Source of the DNA: Fimicolochytrium jonesii
Lineage: Eukaryota
Length of the DNA: 64,000 nucleotides
Direction: 5' to 3'
NCBI RefSeq assembly: GCF_025526975.1
Contig: NW_026515682.1
Location: 620,001-684,000 of the forward strand
Below are positions 36,851 to 50,200 of this stretch, piece by piece; position 1 is the first letter of the stretch, and the number at the start of each line of letters is the position of its first letter. The notes under the pieces were generated by a model that worked only from the letters and a program-made list of their open reading frames with translations, was not told where the DNA came from and made no database searches. Made by a program: the position numbers and the translations under genes.

Positions 36851-39800
36851 TGACGACCAGCCCTAGTGACATCAGTGTATTTGAGCTATAGATGCTCAAG
36901 TGGGAAACCTCAATGGGCGTCATCGCACATTGGAGACCTCCACGTACCTAAGCCTATCATGGGCCAACCCATGCCCATGATTATAGCACTACCACCGTTC
37001 GAACCTGGTCATTGTAGTACCCACTGAGATTAATCTTTATGTTCTTCTGCCTAATGCATGCTTATCCCGTACCGATATCCTCATCGAACTGCGTGGCTAT
37101 CCCAGTACAGTATTCCACACCCTCCTGTAATTGAGCGACACCATCGAGCACTTTTGAACGTGGTAGCTTTCGTAGAAAAATTTCTAAAGGGACAATGGGA
37201 TGCCTTCTCAAGCAAGTGTTTCTCGATTTCACGAGGAGATGCTAGACTCTTACCTGCACCTCAGGAGCCGCAACGGCTTGACCATACACAGCTGGATCGC
37301 TGAAATTAAGTGACATAGTAGGGGAGCCTCGCGGCAATGCGGTGTTTAACTCGATCTCCAGGTTGGTGAGGTTGGAGGTGCACCCACTTGCTGCAACTGT
37401 AGGATACGCTGGTAAAGAGGTTTGTTGATGTTGGTAGCAAGGAAAATTTTGACAAAAAAGCTAAGCCTGCCAAGGACGGGTCCAGTTTCGGAGACGAGGA
37501 CATCAAAAGTAAAGGGTCTTTAAACGGAATGAATGAATGACTGAATGAATACGGTGTCCTTCAGGGCGCCAAGATTTCTTCCCGCCGCCGATCAAAAATG
37601 TGGCGAAAACCTTATGCATTCGAAGTTTCAGCAGGAACGTCATGGAGTTTAACCGGGCGCAAGTCGGGTGAAGCGGAACAGAAACAGCTGGGGGGAAAAG
37701 GGGCAGAACATCGCGCAACCCTAACAACGACTTGCACTCGAATTTAGCTGGTCTGGTACACAACGATCCATGCGTCTACAATTGAGTTTGCTGGGGTTGA
37801 CGCATCAAACCAGAACTACAAAATTCGCATACATACCCGACAAACCTGCGCACTATATCAACTTTGGCCAAGTGCAGGTCCAGTTGAAAGGGTGGCTGGC
37901 GTGCCTTGGGCCTTGGCAGCGCTTCGGTTGCAAGGGCGGCGGGTTAGGGACAAGGTTGAGACATGCACGCCCCTCCTAGTGCAGGTTCGGGCCAGCCGTG
38001 AAAGACCCGACCCCTAATCAAAGCAAAACGGGATCCCCGTCTTCAAAGGGGATGCGCAGACACCGCAGACACCGCCGTGAAGAGTCGGTCGCATACTGCC
38101 CGCACTTTTCGTAGGCGCAAAGGTGCACATGCCGATTGGTCTTTTTCGTATATCCTGCCGACTTCCTGCCACCTCTGGCCCTCAGTGCATGCCCTTCTCA
38201 TACGACCTGTTACGCATCAGAATCTATCCCGACCTCCCAGCTGTTCTCCCCTCTTGCTTCGAAGCTTCAACCCGCCGTACTCGGGACTCAAGCCAGCGTT
38301 CTGTCGCAGGCACGCACAACAAACACATTAGCTCCAACGACATGGGGGCAGCCCCGGAGGCCACCCGGAGCCCACATCCTTCATGTTGATTCCCAGGCGG
38401 CATTGGAAATAGGATCGATCTTTTGAACTTTTTTGAAGCCTTTCTGGAAAGTTTTTCTCAACGGGCTAGACTTTTGGCAGTTCACCACGAATTGGATTGT
38501 CGGTCCCCTGCCCGCCGTGCGGTCTTTCTTCGACAAGGTGGTTGCGGAAGCGTGATCAGAAGATATGAGGTTACTTTGCGATCATATGCGAGCAATCAAT
38601 TGATCTATCATGGAACACGGTGGATTGGCTGCGAAGGCCCAACGACATCAACTCGACTTCCTGGCGCACCAAAAGGCTCACACCGACGGGGTGTACGCTG
38701 TGACGAAAAGTAACACCGCAATCAAGAACATAATGGAGTGCTTCCGAACTGAGGTGTACGATGGAGGCTTTGTGAAACGGCTTGATTCAGATCCTTTCTA
38801 CCTTGGCTGCGACACGGGTACGTCGACATCTAGGAGGAGGCCAACGGACTTAGGCTGCACGGACGAAAAGCACAACCCTGAGGGATACCATCGATACATT
38901 ACACGCTAAGACTTGTTCCTGGTCGGCTGGACAGAAAGAGACCCAGCGAGGCGGCTTTTCCGGCTCGTTCTTGCACCCATAAGACCCACATCCCCCGATG
39001 GCATCGCCCTAGTATGTTTAATGCTGATGCGAGATTATCCCGCAGAAAAAGTCTCGATAGAGCTTGTATGGCTGCTTTTACGAGGCCCTGTTTCCCAGCG
39101 ATACAAACGTTCAAACCAAAAACCGACCTATGACTTCCAGTTGCAATCCGGAGCCTTTCCTGAAAGCTTCTTACTTCCTGGTCGAACGCTAAGTTCGACA
39201 TCCCTGGTCTAAACCCGTGTGCTATGGCGGATACTTTGATAAACTGCATTTCCAACAGCTTTCCTGCAGCAAGATTGTATCTCACAAGGCTTCCACTCCC
39301 AAGTCCTCTTCAGCGTTGGACTGGCCGTGCCCCGGTTGGAGGCAGAGTAGGATTAGGGTCATACGATTAGGTTTAGATGGGTTCCAACGCCAACAGCAAC
39401 ATAATCGGGTTTGAGCTGCTCGGATCAACGGTATTACGTAAGTCGACATCCGACCTGGGTATTTTTGGGATTGCTATCCGACATAAGCTTTCGGTCTCGC
39501 ATCGCCCATTTCGCGAAGGGTGCATTCATACGGTCGGAAGCCACATGATGCCGGCATGAGCAACCGCCCAGAAATGAGGTTTGCTGGGTCTCCCTCTTGC
39601 CGATATGTGTCCTACCACCGGGAACAATGAAGAACTCTGTTCGTCTCAACGGTGCTAGTAAGCTTGCAATGAGCACTACTACGTACACACTGAAGGCGGG
39701 ATATTCACAGAATATAGATCTGCGTTTCTAATTCCCCCGACCGTACTCGGATTCTGCACACACGCCCTTTGGGAAACTAGATTTGGCTTTGTTCGCCTTA

Positions 39801-40036
39801 ACCGCTGCTGATGCTTCTGGACGCGCGCCAGTCCCAAGCACGATCGAGATGAACCGAGTTTCTTTACGTTTCCCAGCTTGCTGGGATGCTTCCCATTTCT
39901 ACACGAAGCGGGATTTGAGGTGATGTTTGTAGTTCGTCCCCCGTCCATTCACCCATTTCTCCCCCTCCATTCGGGAGATACCGAAGCAACGTAAAGGACG
40001 AGCGAAGACCGAAGGCAAAGCAGAACGACAAGAGCC

Positions 40037-41689
40037 ATGTCAGCGCAAAGGTGCAAGTGGACGGAAAGCGAGCCAGAGGCTTGCGCCATCGTGTGGGACG
40101 ACTATCCCAACTACATCGGAGTGGTAAGGCTTCGGCTGTCCAACCAAAGACTTCGTGCTTAAGTCGGGGATTCCACCCACTCGTATGCGATGTGTTTACT
40201 GTTCTTTGTGTCTAGCATACGGTGGCTTTCGTCTGCATCGTTGCCACGATAATCGGCTCGACCTTCGTCCTTGTCCGGGCTTATAGAGAGAAGACCTACA
40301 CATCGTTCGCCGACCGATTGTGAGGACCGTTTAAGTTCCGCGGTTTGTGCTTCTGATGGTGTCTCCAGGAACTCACCCTTTCGCAAAATAGGCCTCTCTA
40401 TCGGTGCCTCGCCGATCTTATCTTTGCAACAGTCCATACACTGGACCACGTCGTGGTGGTCAGCGCACAGAGGTATCCGGCCGAGCGGGTCGGAGCAGTT
40501 CTGGCAACCTTGATCTTCTGCTTCATCGCATATCAAGTATGTGACTCCATGTCTCCATCGTATAAAGGAGGTGTCGAGAAACCAACAATATGTTTGATTT
40601 GCTCCCGGGCGCAGATGCTCGTCACGACCGTACTCTCGTTTCAATCCTTCCTAAAAGTCGTCGTCGGGAGGGAGTTCCCCCTGGGAGCATACGAATACCG
40701 TCTTCACCTCATGGCAATAATGCCGGGGCTTTTGATCTTTGGGACCGCAAACATACTTAACGGCACTGGCCCGTTTCTGTACTTGTAAGGCTTATTTCCT
40801 TCCGTCATGAAGGAAAGCACGCATGAACAACTCTTGGATAGCTGACGTGCTCCTGTTTGCCATTACTACTCAATCCTTAGCCAAGGTCCCAACCTACAGG
40901 TTGGCACTGCGGGTCGCATTTACGGCTGGTTTGCGGGTGCGTTCTGCAGTTGATCATCGCTGTATCCTCTTCGGGGCACACGTACCTAACCGTCGTCCAC
41001 TCACAACCACCACCAGTTGCATTCTTTATATCCGTCATATGCATTGTTCTGGCGACATCCACGCTGACTGTGCGACACGTCAACAAGGTCCGAAATGGGA
41101 TGGGGCAGAAGAAGAGCGCTGCACAGATGGCCGCGAGCGCAGGGACGGAACGCGCCGTGCGAAGATTGCAGAGCTTCGTGATCGCCGCTTGCTTGCAATG
41201 GTTTCCGTGCTCGGTGCTGCTCACCGCCATCATGGCGGATGGCATCGCCCCGTACGGGTTCAGAATGTTCCTGATCTATATCGGAGTCGCTGGTGAGTGC
41301 TTTTGATTGTCCGGACATTCCGATGGTAGGGCCACAGCATCTCAAATTTCTCGAATCCGTATTCCTTTTTAGGGGCCAATCTCGGAGGTGTATGGAACAG
41401 CGCCGCGTAAGTTGATCCCGCCCTTTCAGATGTGCAATCTTTGAGCGTTGCAATTATCGAGCATGCGACATGGTAACGCTTTAGCAATTTGGGTAGGTAT
41501 CTTTACAACGAGTATATTTACCGAACCACGCGAGCGGAGGTGCACAAGGCGCTCACCGAAGGGTCCTCGAAGTCGTCAAGCGGTGCACACAGTCAGCAGA
41601 GTCAAGCGCCCATCGTGGGAAGTATGCATAGGAAGACTCCCGCTGGCCGTGCTGACCTCCCCACATATAGCACCATGGCTCTCCCTTGA
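40037..41689 (+). CDS. Multi-exon 7TM GPCR-like protein
   Basis: Spliced reading HTVAFVCIVATIIGSTFVLVRA...DR(L)PLYRCLADLIFATVHTLDH...RRLQSFVIAACLQWFP...NLGGVWNSAAYLYNE; GT-AG introns; hydrophobic helices. Confidence 0.7.
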
Positions 41690-41749
41690 ACGGACTGAAC
41701 CCGTCCCTCCACATCTTTCATACGTGGTCAGTGTGCACGAGTCGTGAAG

Positions 41750-42739
41750 GTCAACTTCTCCTCTGACGCTAACTCCAAGTCTGTCAATCCCGCTGTGAAG
41801 GCGCGTGCTGAAAAGATCAATATATATCTATACACGAACACCTTGCCATTGAGCTCAAGGAGGCCCAGGCTGGAATGAAGCACTATGCCGACGAAAAGCG
41901 AACCTCTGGTCCGGATCTCAAGCCCTTCGCAAAAAACCTCAAAGCCGCCAGACCCTCTCAGAAAGTTGATAACCAATCCACAACGTCCTCTACGCCACCC
42001 TCATCGAGCCTCCCTTCACCACTCCTGAGCGCCATGAACCCGAACCAGTAGCTCTTGAAGAAGTTGAAGGCCAAGAGCAAGGGTCGTTGAAGAAACATTC
42101 ACCTCCGCAATTCCCAGCGACAACTCCAGTATTTCGTCAAATGACAAGAGTGGCCCAGTTCCGAGAACACCCGTGAAACCGTTTGGTCGCCCCTCCCACT
42201 CCACCGAACTCCTCCAGGAATCCCACAACGTATACCCCGACAACCTTGCTCCGCGGCCCGCTCCGGTTCCGACCCGCCGACGTAAGGCGCCGTCGGGACG
42301 ACGACGCTAAAGGTGGGGGTGATGTTATGGACGGCACGTCCATCCCATTCCGACGCATGGGAGATCGACAGCACCTGTCCGTCTGTGACACTTGTCAGTT
42401 GATTCATCGTACAACAACCACGCAGCGTAGCCAGCCACACGCGCAGTCGTACCCCTTCTATCCCCTGACCGTCCATCCCCTTCCCACTTTGTTCCATTGC
42501 TCCGATTGCACCTTGCCTTTGTCTATAAATAGCCTAGCCTTCCCCGTTCCCCTTTGCTGCTCTCCAGCAGATCAACACCAGTTATACTTACACTTGTATC
42601 TTGTTCTCCTTCGAATACAAATCTCTTCCTGTTGTTATCATCCCGTGGCCCGAGCCTCATTAGGGCCCGGGCCGCTTGCCCCGTTAGCCCCGTCGATCTT
42701 GGCTTCCCGCCTCCTGCTCCCGCCGCCAAGATCATAACA
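41750..42739 (+). mobile_element. 3' fragment of an old gypsy element (family D): decayed IN/chromodomain tail, PPT, LTR 42323-42739
   Basis: Homologous to ~59040-59690; AAAGGTGGGGGTGA then TGTTATGGAC...ATCATAACA; TATAAATA and AGCAGATCAA inside the LTR. Confidence 0.85.
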
Positions 42740-44073
42740 CGCATGGAGCAAGACTGCCCGAGTACGGAATGCGTCGAACCTTTAACCCCGTCACCAGCGG
42801 AGACGATCGTGGTATCCGCAGAAACGACGATTGAGGCTACGGAGGGTGAAGACGAGCTGTCCCACTTTTTCCACCAGTACGACCTCACAGAAGAGGAACG
42901 AGTTTATGCACTCAGCATCCTCGACATTATCTTAGCGCCCTCGATCGACCAACTAATGGGAACGTGGGACAATGGTCACAGAATTTTAGATGTTACACTC
43001 CATGCGCCCGTCCGAAGTCGAAACCCACATCTCGAGTTAGGGGAAAGTTTCAGGCGAAGGGCGCGTACTGGGGTCTGCGACGCCCTCGATCGTCCGGGTG
43101 GTTAGGATGGCTGGGTGTCTGTATTATAGGCGACCGTTGTATAGAATGAAATGGAGCTCAAGCCATTAAGACTCGAAGACCTCCACGTGATCGACGATGA
43201 AAAGAAGCTTGCGTCACGTGATCAAAGGAATTGGGCTATGCTCCGACATGCCATGTATGTAGGCGTAGAGAAAGATACACTCAAGCAAGTGGCCATAAGT
43301 GGCTGTTAATTCCTTAGCGAAACGCTCGCCGATCCTTCTCTCATGCCAAGGTTTTCCGAACGTTCCATAAGAAGCTCCGGTCGGAGGAACTCAATTACCT
43401 CGTGTGTAACGTCATCGGGGCCTGTGGATGGGCAGGCAATAGATTGTCAAGGAAAAACAATCGTATCGCCGACCGGCCGCAGGGCTCTCCGATGACGTTA
43501 CACCGTGTCAACGCTGCGCACTGATCTGCAGGGAAACACCCATGCCAGCGGAGTTGTAGTGGTCACGTAAGCATACATACCGTCATTAGGCTCGTAACTT
43601 GGCGATATTGCATGGAAGAGGACTCCCTTCTGTTTTGCTCTGAGACGGGTCGGATGACCACGTACTTGTTTTTTCCGTGCCAAGTTGTCTTGCCTGCCGC
43701 CATGGAGTGCTCGCCCACCGCACAGAAGGCCGGGTGAAAACGTGACCTTGGTGGGGTGAGCATCACGGTTTGGCTCGCAGCTATAAAGACCAGCTATCTC
43801 AGTGCCTGCTCGGCCAATTGCTCACAGACATATCACCCCAGAGGGAAATTGATTCAGGAAATCATCTGTGTCGACTCACAAGAATCAACGCACCTACCAT
43901 GTATGTATGAGGCTAGTGGCTTGTTGCTCTGGCTTCCTACCTTGCGTATAGGCAGGCTGCTCGTCGATGGGCATATCGGGCTGCACACTGACTTCCGAAT
44001 TCTCGGGCATTGCTTTGGTTGCCAATCCATTGCCGTCCTATCACTTCCACAGAATACGCACACAGTACCGAAA

Positions 44074-44949
44074 ATGCCGCTTCAACAGATCACCAACTTG
44101 CCTACGGTTGACACTGACACTGACACCCTCGCCCCCATTACCCACGACGTCCCGCATCCTGCCTCGGATGTTGCTGCGGACACCGAGGAGCAGGGAAACG
44201 GCACGCCCGCCATCGGGCCCCGCGCCACAAAGCCCGGCAAGTCCGGAAAGCGAACAACCGCTGCGCCTCAAGGTGAAGGTTCCACTCAGCCCGCGCCAAT
44301 TCGCCGCAGTTCGGAATCACCCGGTGCCCCATCGACGGCACCGCCGGAGAGTATTACGGAAGTCCTCGGATTGATGCGCGATATCTGGCAGCAGAACAAC
44401 CTGTTGCTGGCGGAAACTCGCCAGAATCAGGCGACGAACGAAAGGCATTTCGCCGCTGCACAGGTTGCTGCCATTAATCACACTGACCATATTTTGGAAG
44501 CCCAGCAGGACCGGCACACGGCAACCGAGCAGCGTCTGATCGCGCTCAGCGACACATTGTCAGCAACGACAACCATCACTTCCGAGCAGAACGATGCCCC
44601 CGCATGCGAAGGGGTTCGCCCCAGTCAGATCGTGGAAGGCCTTAGCGCTGCAATTCAGGACGGAGTGCTTGTCCGGGACCCTGGTCACTATATGGTCACC
44701 GGCGATATAGCACCATATCACAGGTCCTACATGAAGAGATCCCACAACTTCGTCTGGCGCAACAAGTCCGCACCGAAGCGCGCGCTGGACGACATCCTCT
44801 CAACCATCGAGGACACCGGAGGTGATTTCCTACAGCAGCCCCTTCCCCGAGATCATCCTGCTCGTCGGTTTCGCCGCCGAGGTTTCCGAAACAACTGCGT
44901 CGCGGGCTGGAGGGTGAGGGACGGACACGCATCCTCTCAGACGATTTGA
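44074..44949 (+). CDS. Intronless hypothetical protein (~291 aa): disordered N-terminus, coiled coil, basic C-terminal domain
   Basis: First plausible ATG (AAAATG) within the 43756-44949 open frame; no family recognised. Confidence 0.55.
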   Translation: MPLQQITNLPTVDTDTDTLAPITHDVPHPASDVAADTEEQGNGTPAIGPRATKPGKSGKRTTAAPQGEGSTQPAPIRRSSESPGAPSTAPPESITEVLGLMRDIWQQNNLLLAETRQNQATNERHFAAAQVAAINHTDHILEAQQDRHTATEQRLIALSDTLSATTTITSEQNDAPACEGVRPSQIVEGLSAAIQDGVLVRDPGHYMVTGDIAPYHRSYMKRSHNFVWRNKSAPKRALDDILSTIEDTGGDFLQQPLPRDHPARRFRRRGFRNNCVAGWRVRDGHASSQTI

Positions 44950-45174
44950 GGGGAGTCGAGGAAGCTGACTGAACTGCCTGTCGGATATATGTCGCGCTTA
45001 TGAGGGAAAAATATCCGACTACGGTCGCATATCTCGCATGCCAAAGACGCGGGGGCGTTGGTCGGGGGTTTATTCTTGGTAGAGGCGGAAAGGTTCCGTT
45101 TTTTGGGTGATGTCGGATGGTTATTCGACCTCTCGTAAAAGCGAGATGAAATAATCAAGTCCAGATGGTAGTTA

Positions 45175-45232
45175 CACGTGACCGAAGAAGAAAAATGAGC
45201 ACAGTTCACGTGACCGAAGAAGAAATGACCGA
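45175..45232. repeat. Direct repeat CACGTGACCGAAGAAGAAA x2 plus a partial TGACCGA
   Basis: Copies at 45175-45193 and 45207-45225. Confidence 0.8.
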
Positions 45233-45898
45233 TGAAAACCAAGTTTGACAGCGCGTAAACCCCGCAGCCTTATGGCCTTATGGGTGTGCCTCGACGGTAT
45301 GCTGTCAATTACCAATTAACCGCCAACCAGGCACTGCCTTGGGATGGGCCTTCGCTCCGGCACGATGTGCAAAGTATATAAGGTAACCGAGGGGGGTTTT
45401 GCCGCCTGCATTATCGTCGAAAGCTCTAACTAACGCGCAATTGCACCCCTGGGGTACACGTAGTGCACCCAGAATCCGATAGTTTCTTGCAACTCGCCCA
45501 ACGGCCTCTGGAACCACACGCAATGGCCCTTTGGGAAATTTGCATTCACGGTGCACGTTTCCCAGCCACTTACCCTTCATCTTGAGATCGGAATGTATCA
45601 AGTTCTCGCATACTTCAAGGTGTTTTACTTTCCATTCGCCCAACGGCACCGGGGAGTGACTACACTGTTGTGCCCACTGCGCCGAGCGCTGCGTCACTCC
45701 CACCTCGGAGCTGGTACACACTTTCCGGGTCGACCCTGCCAGTTGCCCCGCCAGCTTCTGAGTACCCATCCCACGAACAACCTGTTTCACCTTGCGTAGG
45801 AAGCTTGTAATTTTGGCCAATACTCCTTGGACAAACTACCAGGACCTTGCATCTTTTTTAAAAAACCAGAGCGGGTGGTTTTGGTCGTCCAAAAAAAG

Positions 45899-45971
45899 AA
45901 AAGGGGTGTTGTTACGCTAGTTTCGTAGTCCTTTATAAGATATCACCAACTAGCGTGACAACACCCCTTTT
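45899..45971. repeat. 24-bp inverted repeat (1 mismatch) with a 25-nt spacer
   Basis: AAAAGGGGTGTTGTTACGCTAGTT / AACTAGCGTGACAACACCCCTTTT. Confidence 0.9.
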
Positions 45972-46105
45972 TTGGCCCCGCATCAACACACTGGCCCCAT
46001 TGGCGGTCAAGGTACTGTCTTCGCGGGGGGGGGGGGCACCCCATCTTGGAGAACCAAAAGAATATTCTGGTCCTATAGCAGGTATTGAGTGAGAGCTGAG
46101 ACATA

Positions 46106-46760
46106 TCATGCTGATGACACCACCTTGTCGATCGACCTGACTCCGGAATGGTTCTCCGGCTCCCGTTCGACGCGCAGACAAATATTGTCCAAGCATAATT
46201 GGATGAGCGTGAGGGAGTCCCTCTCGGGCTTGTACATGTGGCGCCGGTACAGTCCATCTCTTACCAGTTTTGATTTATATAGACGAAGTTGGAACGCATT
46301 GAGAACGGCCGCGACAGGTCCGGAGCGGTAATCTGGAACAGGCAAATGGAACGCAAACTGTTATTTTATCGTTTCGAGAGGTGTCAGTGTGGACAAGTTA
46401 TCGGGCAAGGAGAAATTTTGACGTGGCTCCAGAGTGACGCCGTTCTCGGCTAGAATTTGATTGACAATGTGGTCTATAGGATCAGTATATGAGACGAGAT
46501 CCCAATCCCAGTCAACAGTAGCCGTACCGTAAGCCAACTCATCAACGCAGTCCATCAGTTGTGGTGCACGCTTCCAGATCACCGCTAGATCTCCTTTGTG
46601 TGCTTTGTGCTCAAACTTTTCTCTAAAAAGGTACTTCTTGGCTTTGAGTCGCATGTCCAGGTGGCCGCAATTGTCGTGAATGCGGGTCAAAAGATCCTGG
46701 AAAGTATCCCGGTCAATAATGTCAATCCGTGAAAAGTTGAACGTGCAATCAAGATCCTTT
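46106..46760 (-). pseudogene. C-terminal piece of the split primase-helicase gene
   Basis: In frame with 52587-54098 across TSD CCTTT (KKLAK-DLDCTFNFSRID); one TAA at 46361-46363, after which the frame continues to 46106. Confidence 0.85.
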
Positions 46761-47291
46761 TGTTATGAATGGGCGGAGCCGATGGAAATAGAGGCGACTT
46801 GTGGTGCAGGTTGTTGACAGGTAATGGTGTTCAGACCGAAACAAGAACTAGAACAAGACTAGGAGGAACTGGTGTTGATCTGCTGGGGGATCAGGAAGTG
46901 GGGAGCTCAGGGGAGGCGGCTATTTATGTTTTTCTGGGAAGGCTGGGGAAGCGTGGGGAAGCAGAAGGGTACGGAATCAGAGGGAAGCCAAGAGAAGCGC
47001 CAAGGGTGGGGAAGCATAGAAACAGAAGACTGGGGATGGGGTGGCTACGCTGAGGCTGTGGGCGGGTACGTGGGGAAGTATGGAAACAGAAGACTGGGGA
47101 TGGGGTGGCTACGCTGAGGCTGTGGGGAGAAATGAAGGCAGTGGCAGGTGTGGGGTAGCGCGGCTGCGTGCGGCTGCGAGGTTTGGCAGATGTCAGGTTT
47201 TGACAGGGAATTGACATTGACTGACTGTTGGGATGCTGTCATGAGGTAAGCGCATGGTATGGACGCGTCGTCCATAACATCACCCCGTCCT

Positions 47292-50200
47292 TTAGCCACG
47301 GCGTCCGGATGTTGTTTTGATGTTGGCAGGCTTTGGTCGGGGTTTGTCGGGGTACTTTTGGTGGAACTGGGCAACAAGCTCTTGACATCGGGCAAGGTGT
47401 TCCACTGGCTCCCATGTGTTCTCCGAGCTTGGCCAACCCTGCCACTTGATGAGGTACTGAAGGTGCGTGCGTCGAATACGGGAGTCAAGAATGTCTTCCA
47501 CAATCCATTCCTCCTGTCCTTCGACTTCTTCTGGTGGGGTGGGTTCTGGCTCAGTTCGCTCCGGAATGGTGAAATGTGGTTCAAGAAGGGAGACATGGAA
47601 GACGTTGTGAATTTTGTAGGATGGGGGAAGCTTGAGGCGATATGTGACCGAGTTGATCTTCTCCGTGATTGTGCAGGGGCCAATCTTACGGTGATCAAGT
47701 TTCTGGGAAGGTCGGAGAGTCTTGAGATTCCGCTGTAAGAGCCAGACACTGTCCCCAGGTTTCATGTCTGGGCCAGGTGCCCTCTTAGCATCGGCAAAGC
47801 GCTTCATGCGTCCTTGGGCCTCCTTGAGCTCAGTGGCAAGCTGTTCATGGATTTCCTTGAGATGGTTGGCACGAGCTTCGGCTGCAGGATTAAGGGATTC
47901 GGTTGTGGTGGCGGAAGCCAGACTGAATCGAGGATGGAACCCATAGTTGGCGTAGAAGGGGGTTGTCTGGGTGGCGGAGTGGATGGTGTTATTGTAAGAG
48001 AACTCAGCAGAAGACAAGAGTTCCTTCCAGTTATCTTGTTGATAGTTGCAAAAGCAGCGAAGGTATTGCTCAAGAATCTGATTGGTCCGCTCGGTTGAGA
48101 GGTTGACCTTGGTTCCCAGGAGAGCGAAGAGACGTTTCCAGAAGTGGGAGTTGAACTGTGGGCCACGGTCAGATACAATATCATCGGGGAGTCCATGGAG
48201 CCGGATGACATGGTGCCAGATCAGATCTGCAGTTGACTCAGCGGTGGCAGTTTTCCTGCACGGTACAAAGTGCGCCATCTTGGTGAACCGGCAGATGACA
48301 ACGAGCACAGAATCAACCCCATTACTGGCGGGTAGATCCGTGATGAAGTCCATGGAAATTGACCCCCAGGGGCGGTCAGGGACCTGCAGGGGTTGGAGGA
48401 GACCGTAGGGCTTGTGTCTGCTGGTCTTGGCTTGAGCACATACGTCGCAGGACCTGATGTAGGACTTGACAAAACGCCACTGGCTAGGCCACCAGTAGTT
48501 GCGTGAGATGAGCTCCAGGGTCTTTGACATGCCGTAGTGTCCTGCCAAACGCGTGTCATGCATGTCCCGGCAGATCTCAGCACGGAGCTTGTTGGTGGGG
48601 ACGTAGACAAGGTTGTCGTACAGCAGAACCCCATTTTCCTCGGAGAATCGCTTTATCCGTTCTTGGTCTTCTTGAGATTGCTGGGCAATGGGGGCCCTAA
48701 GCTGTCGCCGGATGGTTTGCGCAAACACATCGGATGCCAGGGCAGCTTTGATTTGGTCAAGGAGCGAGGAGTCCAGTGGGGTCAGATAAGTGGCGGCCAG
48801 GCGGAGATGGTCAGGGGTGAGGATCGTGGTTTCCTGGGAGCGGAATGCTTCTTCCCCCTCCCTTAGCTCGTATTCAGAGCGACGAGAGAGGGCGTCAGCT
48901 TGGTGTTGCTGGGTACCAGGGCGGTATGTGATGACAAAGTCGAAATCAGCAAAGAAGATTGACCAGCGGGATTGGCGGCGGTTGAGGGTACGGGTAGTCA
49001 TGAAGTACTGGAGGTTCTTGTGGTCACAGTAAACGATGACCTTGTGGCGGGCACCAATGAGGTGGTGTCGCCATTGAGCAAATGAGTCTTGGATAGCCAG
49101 GAGTTCCTTGTCGTAGATCTCATAGTTGATTTCCTCAGGAGTAAATTTGCGGGAGTGAAAGGCCACGGGGTGGAGTTGATCTGTGTCATCCGGTTGAAGG
49201 AGGACGGCGCCAAGGGCAAAGTCGGAGGCATGGGATTCGACAATGAAGGGCTTGTCAGGGTCGGGGTGAGTCAGGATAGGTGCGGAGGTGAAGGCTTTCT
49301 TGAGGGTTTCAAAAGCTAGGTGTGCAGCGTGGGTCCATTTGAATGGCAAGTCTTTGCGAGTGAGCGTGGTCAGGGGTGCAACGATCGCAGAGTACCCTTT
49401 GATGAATCGTCCGGTAGAAGTTGGCAAAACCAAGGAAGCGCTGGATGCCTTTGACATTCGTCGGGGGTTCCCATTCGGTAATGGCAGCCGTCTTCTTTGG
49501 GTCCATGGAAATGCCTTGCTGGGAGATGATAAACCCCAGGAACTCAACAGAGTCACGGTTGAATTCGCATTTTTCCGGTTTCGCATACAGCCCGTGCTGG
49601 CGGAGCCGTGAGAGCACCTCTCGGACGTGATCGGGGTGGTCTTCTGGGTTTTTTGAGAAGATCAGAATGTCGTCAAGGTAGACCACAACAAAAACGTCGA
49701 GAATGTCACGGAATATGTCGTTCATGAGGTGTTGGAATACTCCAGGGGCATTGGTGAGCCCAAACGGCATGACATTATACTCGAATAGGCCGTAGCGACA
49801 TCGGAACGCTGTCTTCCATTCATCCCCTGGCCGGATCCGAAGAAGGTTGTAGGCTCCCCGGAGGTCAATCTTGGTGAGCCGGCGTGCCCCTTGAAGACGA
49901 TCCATGATGCTGTTAATCAAGGGCAAGGGATAGCGATTCTTGATGGTGATATTGTTGAGTCCACGATAGTCGACGCACAGACGGAGGGAACCGTCCTTTT
50001 TCTTGACAAAGAGGACTGGGGCACCGGCGGGAGACTTGGAGTGCTTGATGAACCCCTTAGCTAGGTTCTCTTCAAGGTAGTCACAGAGTGCCTGCATTTC
50101 AGGCTTGCTGAGACTATAGATCGGGCCGAACGGTGGCTGTTTGCCCTCTTCTAAGTTGATGGGACAGCCGTAGGGTCGGTGCTCTGGGAGGGTATCCGCG

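Noticed and set aside
45305..45820. 171-codon minus-strand ORF near the palindrome
   Set aside because: Non-ATG start, no motif and unconvincing composition.
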